A stretch of 64,000 nucleotides of DNA from Rariglobus sp. (GCA_044353465.1 JBILBW010000001.1:20494-84493); one strand, 5' to 3'. Shown: positions 48,625 to 57,949, counted from the stretch's first letter. Numbers and translations are program-made. The notes: generated from the sequence alone by a model not told the origin.

Positions 48625-48770
48625 CTCAGATCTGAGATCTCGAATCTGAAATTTCAGATCTGAAGCCGAAGAGTATCCGATCTGAAATCTCATGTCTCAG
48701 ATCTGAGATTTCAGATCTCAAATTTCAAATCCGTGATCTCAGACTCAAGAGCAGTGATTTCAGATTACAG
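48625..48770. repeat. Dense array of short palindromic words (TCAGATCTGA, GAGATCTC, GAAATTTC)
   Basis: The sequence is ctcagatctgagatctcgaatctgaaatttcagatctgaag...tctcagatctgagatttcagatctcaaatttcaaatc...gatttcagattacag. It fills the gap between the mutS stop and the four-helix-bundle gene start. Confidence 0.8.
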
Positions 48771-51341
48771 GAAGCTAAGCTGACTGTCGTCGGCCGCGGC
48801 CACGCTGATCTTTTTCTTTGGCCTGGACTTGGGTGCGCTCGCGGCGCTGGCGGGCAACTCCACGCTGGCATCGTCGCTTTCCAGCTTTTGTAAAATCACC
48901 TTGGCGCGGTCGATCACGCTGATCGGCAGGCCGGCCAAGCGCGCCACCTGAATTCCGTAACTGCGGTCGGCCGCCCCGGGGATCACGCGGCGGACGAAGA
49001 CGATCTCGTCGTTCCATTCTTTCACCGCCACCGAGAAATTACGCAGCCGCGCCAGGTGTTTTTCGAGCTGGGTCAACTCCTGGTAATGGGTGGCGAAAAG
49101 CGTGCGCGGCCCGCGTTCGGCGTCGCGGTGGAGATGTTCGACCACCGCCCAGGCGATCGACAAGCCGTCGTAGGTCGAGGTGCCGCGGCCGATCTCGTCC
49201 AAAATGATCAGCGAGCGGTCGGTGGCGTTGTTGAGAATGTTGGCGGTTTCGTTCATCTCGACCATGAAGGTCGAGTTGCCGCGCGCCAGGTCGTCGCTCG
49301 CGCCCACCCGCGAGAAAATGCGGTCCACCAGCCCCACGCGGCAGCTCTTGGCCGGCACCCAGCAGCCGACTTGGGCCAGCAGCGCGATCAGGGCGACCTG
49401 GCGGATGTAGGTCGATTTACCCGCCATGTTCGGGCCGGTGATCAGCGCAAGCTGGGCGTCGGTGGAGGCGAGCAGCGTGTCGTTGGGCACGAAGGCGGTG
49501 GTGCCCCGGCCGGCGGCTATCGCCGGGTTCTTGAGCATCTGCTCAACCACCGGGTGGCGGCCCTCGTTGATCTCCAGGACGTCGCCGTCGTCGAGCGCGG
49601 GCTGACAATAATCCCATTCACGGGCCAGCACCGCCCAGCCGGCCAGCACGTCGAGTTCGGCCAAGGTGTCGGCGGTCTGGGCCAGGGCGATCGACTCATC
49701 GAGCACCTGGGCCACCAGCGCGGCGAACAGGGATTGCTCGCGGGCGAGGGCGTTTTCCTCGGCGTGGAAGATTTCCTTTTCCTTGGCACGCAAATCCTCG
49801 GTCACGTAACGCTCGCCGTTCACCGTGGTCTGGCGGCGGATGTAGTCGGGCGGAACGAGGTGCAGGTTGGCCTTGGTGATCTCGATGTAGTAACCAAAAT
49901 TATTGGTGAACTTGATCTTCAGGCTGCGGATCCCGGTGCGCTCCTGCTCGGCGCGTTCGAGATCGGAGAGCCAGGTCTTGTTGTCGGTGGTCAGCGAGCG
50001 CAGGCGATCGAGCTCGGCGTCGTGGCCGGCGCAGATGTAGTTGCCGTCGGCCAGGTCGGCGGGGAGCTCGTCGGCCAGGGCCACGGCCAAGAGCTGCCGG
50101 AGGTCGGGGAGCTCTTGGATTTGAGAGTTGAGAGTTGAAATTTGAGAGTGGGCACCGAAGGCGCCGATGCTCGTGCGGATCGCGGGGAGTTGGGCGAGGG
50201 TGTCGCGGATGCCGCCCAACTCGCGCGGGTTGCGCAGGCGGTTTTGTAGGCGGCCAAGGATGCGCGGGATGTCACGCACCTGGCCCAGGCCCTCACGCAG
50301 TTCGCCCAGGTGCATCGGGTCGCCCAACAGTTCGCCGATCAGGGCGGAGCGGCGCTGGATCTCGGTCAAGTCGAGGGTGGGGGCGGCCAGCCAGCGTTCC
50401 AGCATCCGGGCCCCGGCGGCCGTGCCGGTGCGGTTGATGGCGGCAAGCAGCGAGCCTTCGCGGGTGCCGCGGGCGGACTGGAAAACCTCCAAGTTGCGCA
50501 GGGTGGCGGGGTCGAGCAGGAGGGTGCGGGCGCTGCGGTACTCTTGGAGCGAGCGCAGGTTTTCCGGTTTGGCGCAGAGGTTTTCGGTCGCGTAGTGAAC
50601 CAGTGCCCCGGCCGGGCCGAGCGCGGGGTGGTCGGGGGCGAGACCGAACCCTTGCAGGTTGAGCACACCAAGGGTGCCCATGACGGTGCGCGCGCCCTCG
50701 GCGGTTTCGAAGTGGTAGCCGGGCAGGTCGGTGCACAGGCGCGGCGCGCAGAAGGCGTGCAGCGCGTGGGTGGCGGTCTGGTCGTGCGGGGCGGTTTTCC
50801 ACCGCTCGATCTCGCCCTCGGTCACGATCAATTCGGCCGGGTCCAGCGCGGTGAGCACCGGAAGGAGGTTTTCGGCGCGGGAGTCGGTCGCGACCTTGAA
50901 TTCGCCGGTGGACAGGTCGAGCCAGGCGGCGTGCAGGCCGGCCTTGTTGAGGGCGAGGGCGCAGAGGTAGTGGTTGCGTTGGGCGTCGAGCTGGTTGGCG
51001 GCGAGGGTGGTGCCCGGCGAAAGGATCCGGGTGACGGCGCGTTTGACCAGTTTGCCCGGTTTGGCCGGTTCGGCCTGATCGCAGATGGCGATCTTTTTGC
51101 CGGCGGCGAGCAGTTTGGAAATGTAGGTGTCGGCCGCGTGGTGGGGGATGCCCGCCATGGGGGTTTCGCCGCGTTTGGTCAGGGTGAGGCCGCAGAGTTT
51201 CGAGGCGGTGGCGGCGTCGTCAAAAAACATCTCGTAGAAATCCCCCAGCCGGAACAGCAGGAGGGTGTCGCGCGGCAGGCCGCGTTTCACCTCGAAGTAC
51301 TGCTGCATCATCGGCGTGAGTTTCTCGGGAGCGGAAGACAT
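48765..51341 (-). CDS. mutS: DNA mismatch repair protein MutS
   Basis: The start is at MSSAPEKLTPMMQQYFEVK. Walker A (GPNMAGKST), DEIGRGTSTYDG and the C-terminal HTH are present. The track start at 51512 runs through the palindromic repeat. Confidence 0.95.
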   Translation of the reverse strand: MSSAPEKLTPMMQQYFEVKRGLPRDTLLLFRLGDFYEMFFDDAATASKLCGLTLTKRGETPMAGIPHHAADTYISKLLAAGKKIAICDQAEPAKPGKLVKRAVTRILSPGTTLAANQLDAQRNHYLCALALNKAGLHAAWLDLSTGEFKVATDSRAENLLPVLTALDPAELIVTEGEIERWKTAPHDQTATHALHAFCAPRLCTDLPGYHFETAEGARTVMGTLGVLNLQGFGLAPDHPALGPAGALVHYATENLCAKPENLRSLQEYRSARTLLLDPATLRNLEVFQSARGTREGSLLAAINRTGTAAGARMLERWLAAPTLDLTEIQRRSALIGELLGDPMHLGELREGLGQVRDIPRILGRLQNRLRNPRELGGIRDTLAQLPAIRTSIGAFGAHSQISTLNSQIQELPDLRQLLAVALADELPADLADGNYICAGHDAELDRLRSLTTDNKTWLSDLERAEQERTGIRSLKIKFTNNFGYYIEITKANLHLVPPDYIRRQTTVNGERYVTEDLRAKEKEIFHAEENALAREQSLFAALVAQVLDESIALAQTADTLAELDVLAGWAVLAREWDYCQPALDDGDVLEINEGRHPVVEQMLKNPAIAAGRGTTAFVPNDTLLASTDAQLALITGPNMAGKSTYIRQVALIALLAQVGCWVPAKSCRVGLVDRIFSRVGASDDLARGNSTFMVEMNETANILNNATDRSLIILDEIGRGTSTYDGLSIAWAVVEHLHRDAERGPRTLFATHYQELTQLEKHLARLRNFSVAVKEWNDEIVFVRRVIPGAADRSYGIQVARLAGLPISVIDRAKVILQKLESDDASVELPASAASAPKSRPKKKISVAAADDSQLSFL

Positions 51342-51459
51342 GGGCGGGGATGGGAACGGGGAACGCGGCGGAAGACACGAAAAAATTAACCCCAGTGCTG
51401 GCCGGGTCCATCCGGCGCGCCCTTGGCTCATCCCAGCGCGCGCCCCCCGCCCCAGCAAA

Positions 51460-51480
51460 GTGTCACCTAATAGGTGACAC
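51460..51480. repeat. Perfect 21-bp palindrome GTGTCACCTAATAGGTGACAC (copy 1; extends to 29 bp, 51456-51484)
   Basis: This was read directly from the sequence, with flanks caaag...ctttg. It lies in the divergent mutS/hydrolase intergenic region. Confidence 0.9.
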
Positions 51481-51519
51481 TTTGCCGCCTGCGTGTACGA
51501 GGGAAAAGACAATCAGGGA

Positions 51520-51540
51520 GTGTCACCTAATAGGTGACAC
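51520..51540. repeat. Perfect 21-bp palindrome GTGTCACCTAATAGGTGACAC (copy 2)
   Basis: It is identical to copy 1, and the two centres are exactly 60 bp apart. Confidence 0.9.
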
Positions 51541-51596
51541 TGCATGGCCGGAGGCGGGCATTGCCTCGGACGCGGGGAGGGGTTTGGGTGCGGGGG

Positions 51597-52367
51597 ATGG
51601 TTACTCTTTTTCATCGGGATCTGGGCGGGGTGGGCAAACCGCCGTTGGTGGTGCTCCATGGGCTTCTCGGCTCGTCGCGCAATTGGCTGACGACCGGCAG
51701 GGACTTGGCGGCCCATCACCACGTGCTCGCCCTCGACCTGCGCAACCACGGCAAATCCCCCCACGCCGCCCCCATGGACTACGCCACCCTCGTGGCCGAC
51801 GTGCTCGCCTGGCTCGACGCCCAGGGGTTCCCCCGCGTTGCCCTGATGGGCCACAGCATGGGCGGCAAGGTGGCGATGCTGCTCGCCTGCCGCCACCCGG
51901 AGCGGGTGGCGCGCCTGGTGGTGGTCGACATCGCCCCCCGCGATTATCTCTCCCTCGCCCACCGCGCCGAGTTCGCGGCGATGAACGAACTGCGCCTCGA
52001 TACCCTGCAATCGCGCGGCGAGGCCGAGTTGCGCTTCGAGGCCCGGGTGGGCGACTGGGCCATGCGCAAGTTTCTCACCACCAACCTAGAGCCCACGGCC
52101 GAAGGACGCTGGCAATGGCTCATCAACCTGCCGGTGATCACCGCCGCGCTGCCCGCCCTCGAGGCCTCCCCCTTGTTGCCGGGGGACCGCTTTGAAGCGC
52201 CGGTGCTGTTCATCACCGGGGGGAAGTCGAACTATGTGGGCGCAGCCGATCTCAACCTAATCAGCGGACATTTCCCCCGTGCGCGGGTTCAGGTCATCCC
52301 CGGGTCGGGGCATAATCCCCACATGGAGACCCGGGGCGAGTTCGTCGCGGCCGTCCTGGCGGTCTAA
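51597..52367 (+). CDS. Alpha/beta hydrolase (YbfF-like esterase)
   Basis: The start is at MVTLFHRDLGG. HGLLGS, the nucleophile elbow GHSMGG and a C-terminal GHNPH are present. Confidence 0.8.
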   Translation: MVTLFHRDLGGVGKPPLVVLHGLLGSSRNWLTTGRDLAAHHHVLALDLRNHGKSPHAAPMDYATLVADVLAWLDAQGFPRVALMGHSMGGKVAMLLACRHPERVARLVVVDIAPRDYLSLAHRAEFAAMNELRLDTLQSRGEAELRFEARVGDWAMRKFLTTNLEPTAEGRWQWLINLPVITAALPALEASPLLPGDRFEAPVLFITGGKSNYVGAADLNLISGHFPRARVQVIPGSGHNPHMETRGEFVAAVLAV

Positions 52368-52584
52368 CCCGGCTCGCGGTCGCGGCGGCGCTCCCTAGGT
52401 TCATTTCGACCTCAATTCCCCGGCCGCCGTGCCGATTAGTCAGCAACGCCTCGTGGGCCTGCGCGGGTGGTGGGCAAGAGGGCGGCGGTCGGTCGGGGCA
52501 GTTTTTTCCACCTCGCGGTGCTCCGGCGGCGAGTGAGGTTTATGGACCTTGTTAAAAACATGAGGAATAGGGTAGTTAGGTATG

Positions 52585-52600
52585 TGGCATTGGCTCTGCT
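52585..52600 (+). promoter_or_regulatory. Sigma-54 type -24/-12 promoter upstream of flgF
   Basis: TGGCATtggctCTGCT has GG at 52586-52587 and GC at 52598-52599. Confidence 0.6.
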
Positions 52601-52612
52601 TTGTTGCAGGGC

Positions 52613-53362
52613 ATGAATATCGGACTCTACCAAAGCGCCGCCGCGCTAAGCTCCTTGGAGCGTTGGCAAGATGCCGTGTCCCAAAATATCACCTCGGCGC
52701 AAGTGATCGGGTTTAAGCGCCGCTCGGTCCAGGTGGCGGCGGAAAGCCGCGGGGAGATTTTGACCCAGCCCGGGGCGAAACCGGATAACAACGAGGGCAT
52801 GCCGGCCCTGTTTCCCCAGACGCGTTATTCGATCGCGTTTACCTCGGGGGAAAACAACCCGACCCGCCGGGATCTGGACTTTGCGATCTCGGGCGAAGGG
52901 TTTTTTACGGTGCGCAAGCCCGATGGCGCCACCGCCTACACCCGGGCCGGCGAATTGCAGATCCGCGCCGACCGCACCCTCGTGACCGCCCAGGGCTGCG
53001 AGATCCTCAGCGATAGCGGCGATCCCATCCAGTTGAAGAGCACGGGTGGCGCCCTCGTGGCCATGGAGGATGGTTCTCTGCGTCAGGGCGACAGCATCAT
53101 CGGCAAGCTAGGGATCGCCAAGGCCACCGAACCCTCACGGCTCATCTCGTTGTCCAGTGGCTTGTTCCTACCCGATTCCGGCGCCGGGATGGTGGCGGTA
53201 GAAAACCCGCGCATTCAGCAGGGCTATTTGGAAGGCAGCAATGTGTCTCCCCTGCGCGAAATGGTGGACCTGGTGAACATTTCCCGGGCCTACGAGGCCA
53301 ATCAGAGGCTCATCCAGAGCCGCGATAATATCATGCAAAAAACCCTCGACGCGGTCAGCTAA
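52613..53362 (+). CDS. flgF: Flagellar basal-body rod protein FlgF
   Basis: The start is at MNIGLYQSAAAL, and the C-terminal rod motif is DLVNISRAYEANQRLIQ. Confidence 0.85.
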   Translation: MNIGLYQSAAALSSLERWQDAVSQNITSAQVIGFKRRSVQVAAESRGEILTQPGAKPDNNEGMPALFPQTRYSIAFTSGENNPTRRDLDFAISGEGFFTVRKPDGATAYTRAGELQIRADRTLVTAQGCEILSDSGDPIQLKSTGGALVAMEDGSLRQGDSIIGKLGIAKATEPSRLISLSSGLFLPDSGAGMVAVENPRIQQGYLEGSNVSPLREMVDLVNISRAYEANQRLIQSRDNIMQKTLDAVS

Positions 53363-53384
53363 CTAACCCCCCAGCCCTTACCCT

Positions 53385-54167
53385 ATGAATCTTTCCCTCT
53401 ATTCGGCCGCCACGGGCATGGAAGCGCAGCAGCTCAACCTAAACACCATCGCGAACAACCTCGCGAATGTGAACACCCCCGGGTTCAAGCGCAGCACGAT
53501 CCAGTTCCAAGACTTACTTTACCAGAAGCCGCGCAACGCCGGCGCCGAGAGCGGCGGTGGCGACGTGGTCCCCACTGGCATCGAGGTCGGCAACGGCACC
53601 CGGGTGGCCTCGACCACCAAGATTTTCACCCAGGGCCAGTTGACCAACAGCGGCCAGCAGCTCGACCTCGCGATCCAAGGCGACGGGTTTTACGAGGTGC
53701 AAAAACCCGATGGCACCACCGCCTACACCCGCGACGGTTCCTTTAAACTCAACTCCGCCGGCCAGGTTGTCACCACCGACGGGCGCCCGGTTCTCAGCGG
53801 TTTCCAAAACGTTCCCGCCGGCACCACCGCGATTGCCGTCTCGGAAAGCGGGGTGGTCAGTTACCAGACGGCCGGCGGCACCACCACCTTCAACTTGACG
53901 CTGTCGCGCTTCGCCAACCCCGCCGGCCTGCAAAGCCTGGGCGGTAACCTTTACGCGGCGACAGGCGCCAGCGGCACCGCCGAAGCCGGCGCGCCCGGCG
54001 AAAACGGGTTCGGCACCGTCATGCAGGGCTATGTCGAGACCTCCAACGTCAACATCGTCGAGGAGATGGTTAACCTGATCGTCGCCCAGCGCGCCTACGA
54101 GGTGAACAGCAAGTCGATCCAAGCCTCCGACGAGATGCTGCAAAACGTCAACCAGCTCAAACGCTAA
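53385..54167 (+). CDS. flgG: Flagellar distal rod protein FlgG
   Basis: The sequence shows MNLSLYSAATGMEAQQLNLNTIANNLANVNTPGFKR and a C-terminal VAQRAYEVNSKSI. Confidence 0.95.
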   Translation: MNLSLYSAATGMEAQQLNLNTIANNLANVNTPGFKRSTIQFQDLLYQKPRNAGAESGGGDVVPTGIEVGNGTRVASTTKIFTQGQLTNSGQQLDLAIQGDGFYEVQKPDGTTAYTRDGSFKLNSAGQVVTTDGRPVLSGFQNVPAGTTAIAVSESGVVSYQTAGGTTTFNLTLSRFANPAGLQSLGGNLYAATGASGTAEAGAPGENGFGTVMQGYVETSNVNIVEEMVNLIVAQRAYEVNSKSIQASDEMLQNVNQLKR

Positions 54168-54178
54168 GCCGCCCTCCC

Positions 54179-54874
54179 ATGATGCGCCGTTATCTGTTGC
54201 TGAGTTTGCTCCTCGCCCTCGCCACCCTTGGCCGGGCCCAGGTGACCCCGGCCGCGCCCGCGCCCGCCGATCCCTGGCTCGAGACGCTGACCGCCTTGCT
54301 GGCCGATCGCTATCAGGTCAGCGGCCAGCTCCAGCTGGCTTGGAATCGCCCGCGTCCCGCCGCCGCCCCCGTGGATGCCGAACTGGCCATCGTGACCGCT
54401 ACCGCCGAATTGGCCCCCCAGATCCTCGTGACGGTCAAGGCGACCGATGCTGCCGGCCGGCTCAGCGAACACATGCTGGTGCTGCGCGCCGAACTCTGGC
54501 GCGATGGCTGGATGGTCCGCGACCCGGTGGTGGTGGGCACCAAGTTGAACCCGCTCAACCTCGATCCCCGTCGCTTCGATGCCCTGCGTGAACGCGACAC
54601 GATCCCGGCGGACTCGACGCTCGAACTCGATTTTGCCCGCAACATGCCCACCGGTCGTTTGGTGGCCTGGCGCGATGTCGTGCGCCGCCCGCTGGTGCGC
54701 CGCGGCCAAGCCATGGAGGTGGTCGCCACCGACGGCGCCCTCACCGTCACCTTACACGCCATCGCCCTCCAGGATGGAGCCCGCGGTGAATCCGTGCGGG
54801 TGCGTAATCCCGATTCCAAGAAGGAATTCGTTGCCCAGGTCGTTTCCGAGTCCCGCGCCACCATCCGCTTCTAA
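54179..54874 (+). CDS. flgA: Flagellar P-ring assembly chaperone FlgA
   Basis: A signal peptide and a SAF-type C-terminal domain (RGQAMEVVATDGALTVTLHAIALQDGARGESVRVRN) are present. Confidence 0.8.
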   Translation: MMRRYLLLSLLLALATLGRAQVTPAAPAPADPWLETLTALLADRYQVSGQLQLAWNRPRPAAAPVDAELAIVTATAELAPQILVTVKATDAAGRLSEHMLVLRAELWRDGWMVRDPVVVGTKLNPLNLDPRRFDALRERDTIPADSTLELDFARNMPTGRLVAWRDVVRRPLVRRGQAMEVVATDGALTVTLHAIALQDGARGESVRVRNPDSKKEFVAQVVSESRATIRF

Positions 54875-54886
54875 GCCGCCCCCGCC

Positions 54887-55504
54887 ATGAACCCTCACCT
54901 GCTTCTTTTCTGCCTTCTCCCAGCCCTGGTTTCCCCCCTGCGCGCCGATTCGCTCTGGACCGCTGCCGGTTCCCGCGAACAGGGCGTGGCGACCCAGTTA
55001 AAGGCCGGCCAAGTGGGCGACATTCTGACGATCATCGTTTCCGAGTCGGCCGACCAAACGGCCTCGCAAAGCAAGAGCAGCAACAGCGCGAGTAACATGG
55101 ATGCCTCGGTCAGCCAGTTCCTGTTTCCCGCCAGCGTGAGCAAGTTCGGCACCAAAGGCGGCCAGATGCCCGGCATCAAGTTTGGCGGCTCCAGCGACTT
55201 CAAGGGCGGTGGTGACGTTAAGAATTCGCAGTCGATCACCGCACGGGCCGCGGTGCTTGTCACCGATGTGCTCCCCAACGGCAACCTCGTGATCGCCGGG
55301 GCCCGCCGGATCACCTTTTCGGGCGAGACCCAGAACATCGTGCTTCACGGCCTGGTGCGCTCGGCGGACATCGGCAGCGATAACACCATCCTTTCCAGTA
55401 ACATCGCCGACGCCCGGGTGGAGTTCATCTCCGAGGGCATGATGAGCGACGCCGCCAAGCGCGGTTGGCTGAGCAAGGTGTACGAAAAACTCCGCCCCCT
55501 CTAA
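54887..55504 (+). CDS. flgH: Flagellar L-ring protein FlgH
   Basis: The sequence shows ADSLW...VGDILTIIVSE and GNLVIAGARRITFSGETQNIVLHGLVRSADI. Confidence 0.9.
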   Translation: MNPHLLLFCLLPALVSPLRADSLWTAAGSREQGVATQLKAGQVGDILTIIVSESADQTASQSKSSNSASNMDASVSQFLFPASVSKFGTKGGQMPGIKFGGSSDFKGGGDVKNSQSITARAAVLVTDVLPNGNLVIAGARRITFSGETQNIVLHGLVRSADIGSDNTILSSNIADARVEFISEGMMSDAAKRGWLSKVYEKLRPL

Positions 55505-55533
55505 CCCTCCTGGAGCTTACCCTCTTTTTCCCC

Positions 55534-56625
55534 ATGCGCTGTATCCTCATGATTCTTGGTTTGCTCGCCCCGCTTTGGCTGGAGGCTGCGCGCGTCAAGG
55601 ATATCGCCCGGGTAGCCGGTCAGCGGGACAATCAACTGGTCGGTTACGGCTTGGTGGTCGGGTTGGCCGGCGATGGTGATTCCAACGCCTTGGCGACGCT
55701 CAGCTCGGTGGCCAATGTGCTCGAGCGGAGCGGTCTGAAGATTGATCCCTCGCTGATCAAGGCGAAGAACGCCGCCGCCGTGATCATCACCGCCAACATC
55801 GGCGCCTTTCTCAAGTCGGGCTCGCGCATCGATGTGACGGTTTCCTCGGTGGGCGACGCCAAGTCGTTGCAGGGTGCGGTGCTCCTGCAGGCCCCCCTGA
55901 TGGGTGCGGACGGTCGGGTGTATGCCGTGGCCCAGGGGCCGGTGGCGGTGGGCGGCTTCCTCGGCGGGGCTGGAGGGGCCGGGGGCGCGACGGTGCAGAA
56001 AAACCACCCCACCGTCGGCATTATTAGCAACGGCGCCATCGTGGAGCGTGAAATCCCCGCCACCATCGTTCAGGACGGGCGCATCTCCTTCAGCCTGCAC
56101 AACCCCGATTTCACCTCCGCGGCGCGGATGGCCGACGCCATCAACGGGGTGTTTCCCACGGCCGGGGCCTTGGCCCGCGATGCCTCCACCGTAGATTTGA
56201 ACCTGCCCCCGGCTTATGTGGGCCGCGACGTGATGTTTTTGGCCGATGTGGGGGCCGTCATGGTCAACCCCGACGCCATCGCCCGGATCGTCATCAACGA
56301 GCGCACGGGCACGATCGTTGCGACTGCTCCGGTCGGGCTTTCCCACGTGGCGATCAGTCATGGCTCCCTTACCATCACGATCGCCTCCACCCCCACGGTC
56401 TCGCAACCGGGCCCGTTGAGCGGCGGGCAGACCGCGATCACCAACACCACCCAGACCGACATCAAGGAATCCAAGGGCTACTTCACCATGATTCCCGAGG
56501 CCCCTTCGGTGGAGAAACTGGCCTCGGCCCTCAACTCGCTCGGCGTGAGCAGTCGCGACATGATGTCGATTTTCCAGACCCTCAAAACCGCCGGCGCCCT
56601 CCAAGCCGACCTGATTATCAACTGA
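55534..56625 (+). CDS. flgI: Flagellar P-ring protein FlgI
   Basis: The start is at MRCILMILGLLAPLW (signal peptide). RVKDIARVAGQRDNQLVGYGLVVGLAGDGD is the FlgI signature. Confidence 0.95.
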   Translation: MRCILMILGLLAPLWLEAARVKDIARVAGQRDNQLVGYGLVVGLAGDGDSNALATLSSVANVLERSGLKIDPSLIKAKNAAAVIITANIGAFLKSGSRIDVTVSSVGDAKSLQGAVLLQAPLMGADGRVYAVAQGPVAVGGFLGGAGGAGGATVQKNHPTVGIISNGAIVEREIPATIVQDGRISFSLHNPDFTSAARMADAINGVFPTAGALARDASTVDLNLPPAYVGRDVMFLADVGAVMVNPDAIARIVINERTGTIVATAPVGLSHVAISHGSLTITIASTPTVSQPGPLSGGQTAITNTTQTDIKESKGYFTMIPEAPSVEKLASALNSLGVSSRDMMSIFQTLKTAGALQADLIIN

Positions 56626-56643
56626 TTCCGGTTTCATCCTCCC

Positions 56644-56994
56644 ATGTCCATCGATCCCCTTTCCGCCCTCTCCGCCACAGACCGCTCCGCTGCCTCCTCG
56701 GGTGGTCCCCTCAAGAACTCGCCCAAACCCAACGCGAGCCAACTGGCCAAAGCCGCCCAGCAGTTTGAAGCCATCATGGTGCGGCAGTTGTTGTCGCCGG
56801 CAATCGAGCCGATGATGAACGGCGGAGTGGGAGGTGAGAAATCGAAGGCCGGGGCCGGCGGCGGCGGTGGGGTTTTCGGCTACATGCTCACCGACACACT
56901 GGCCAACTCGATTGCGCAAGGCGGTGGCCTTGGATTGGCCCAGGTCATCAACCGGCAACTTTCTCCCGCGACCTCGGTCGCCCAACCCAAATGA
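56644..56994 (+). CDS. Rod-binding protein (FlgJ N-terminal domain only)
   Basis: The 116-aa protein has an AAQQFEAIMVRQLL motif and no muramidase domain. Confidence 0.75.
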   Translation: MSIDPLSALSATDRSAASSGGPLKNSPKPNASQLAKAAQQFEAIMVRQLLSPAIEPMMNGGVGGEKSKAGAGGGGGVFGYMLTDTLANSIAQGGGLGLAQVINRQLSPATSVAQPK

Positions 56995-57488
56995 GCGCTC
57001 AACTCTTTATTCCCCTGGTGGAGCTTCTTCGCGCCGAGCTGGCCGGTTACGGCGGGCTGCTCGCGCTGTTCGACGAACAGCAGTCCCTGCTCTGGCGCCG
57101 CGAGGTCCAGGCGGTGGCTGACACGTCCTTGGCCATTGAGCAAATCGCGGCGGAAACCGCCCGTCACCGCCTGGAGCGGGAGGCGTGGGTGGCTCGCTTC
57201 GCCACCGGTAAGGGGCAGCCCGCCGAGACCCAATTGCGCCGCTTACTGGAGTTTTTCCCCGCCGACCAGCAGCCCCTGCTCGGGGCCCTGATCGACGAAA
57301 TTAACCACCTGCTGCACCGGGTGCGTCGTCGCGCCCGCCAAAACCACTCGATTCTTGCCCGCGCCGTTGAGCTGCACCGCGGGGCCCTTGCCACGTTGCA
57401 CCCCGCCGCCCGCCCGCGCACCTATGCGCCTTCGGGCCGGATGGGCTCGCTCGCCGGCCCGGCTGCGACCCTGCAGGCCGCCGGCTAA
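56991..57488 (+). CDS. FlgN-like flagellar export chaperone
   Basis: The 165-aa helical protein starts LVELLRAELAGYGGLLALFDEQQSLL, which resembles FlgN family starts. It lies before flgK-flgL. Confidence 0.55.
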   Translation: MSAQLFIPLVELLRAELAGYGGLLALFDEQQSLLWRREVQAVADTSLAIEQIAAETARHRLEREAWVARFATGKGQPAETQLRRLLEFFPADQQPLLGALIDEINHLLHRVRRRARQNHSILARAVELHRGALATLHPAARPRTYAPSGRMGSLAGPAATLQAAG

Positions 57489-57928
57489 ACTCCTGGTTGA
57501 CCCCCCCTCGGTTGCCTCCTCCTGGGTCTGGGCCAAGCCAAGCCTAGGCGCGGCAAGCCCCGCAGCCTCGTCGCGTCCGGGGAGGGTCGGATAACGCCAG
57601 CTCCTGCTTCGGCCGATTTTCCTGCCTTCTGGGTGTTCCGCCCCGGGCTGCGGTCCGAGCCGACCTGCGGGCCTAGCTCTCCGGCGGCCGCCAAGACGAT
57701 GTCGCGCCGCTGCGTTGCCCCGGGGCGCGGGTGCGGGTGCGTTGCGCGTGGGGGGGGCGGGCGCGGGGGCTTTGCGCTGCAAGGGCGCGGGCGCCGCTGC
57801 GCCGGGCACCCTGATCGGTAGTCCCGCGCCCCGGAGCGCCGCGTGCGCCCACCCGCGTCCACCCGCGCCCCGGCGTTTTCCTTGGGCTATGACTGCCCAC
57901 GCCCCCAAAACGGGGCCGGTGGCTGCCA

Positions 57929-57949
57929 GTGTCACCTATTAGGTGACAC
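57929..57949. repeat. Third copy of the 21-bp palindrome (GTGTCACCTATTAGGTGACAC, centre base flipped = opposite orientation)
   Basis: This was read directly. It lies in a gap of about 950 bp with no credible ORF inside the flagellar cluster. Confidence 0.9.

Noticed and set aside
48601-48770. I considered whether the repeat array could be a CRISPR array.
   Set aside because: The array has no constant-length direct repeat separated by unique spacers. The words are 8-10 nt, contiguous and degenerate, and no cas genes are present in the window.
51342-51512. The track gives mutS a 57-aa 5' extension. Comparable track extensions affect cysS (to 43381), hemB (from 45562), flhB (from 21510), flgI (from 55465), flgL (from 59987), pyrH (to 32808) and the hydrolase (from 51534).
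   Set aside because: In each case the conserved N-terminal sequence of the family begins at an internal ATG. The extension either runs through repeats or promoters or has no family resemblance.
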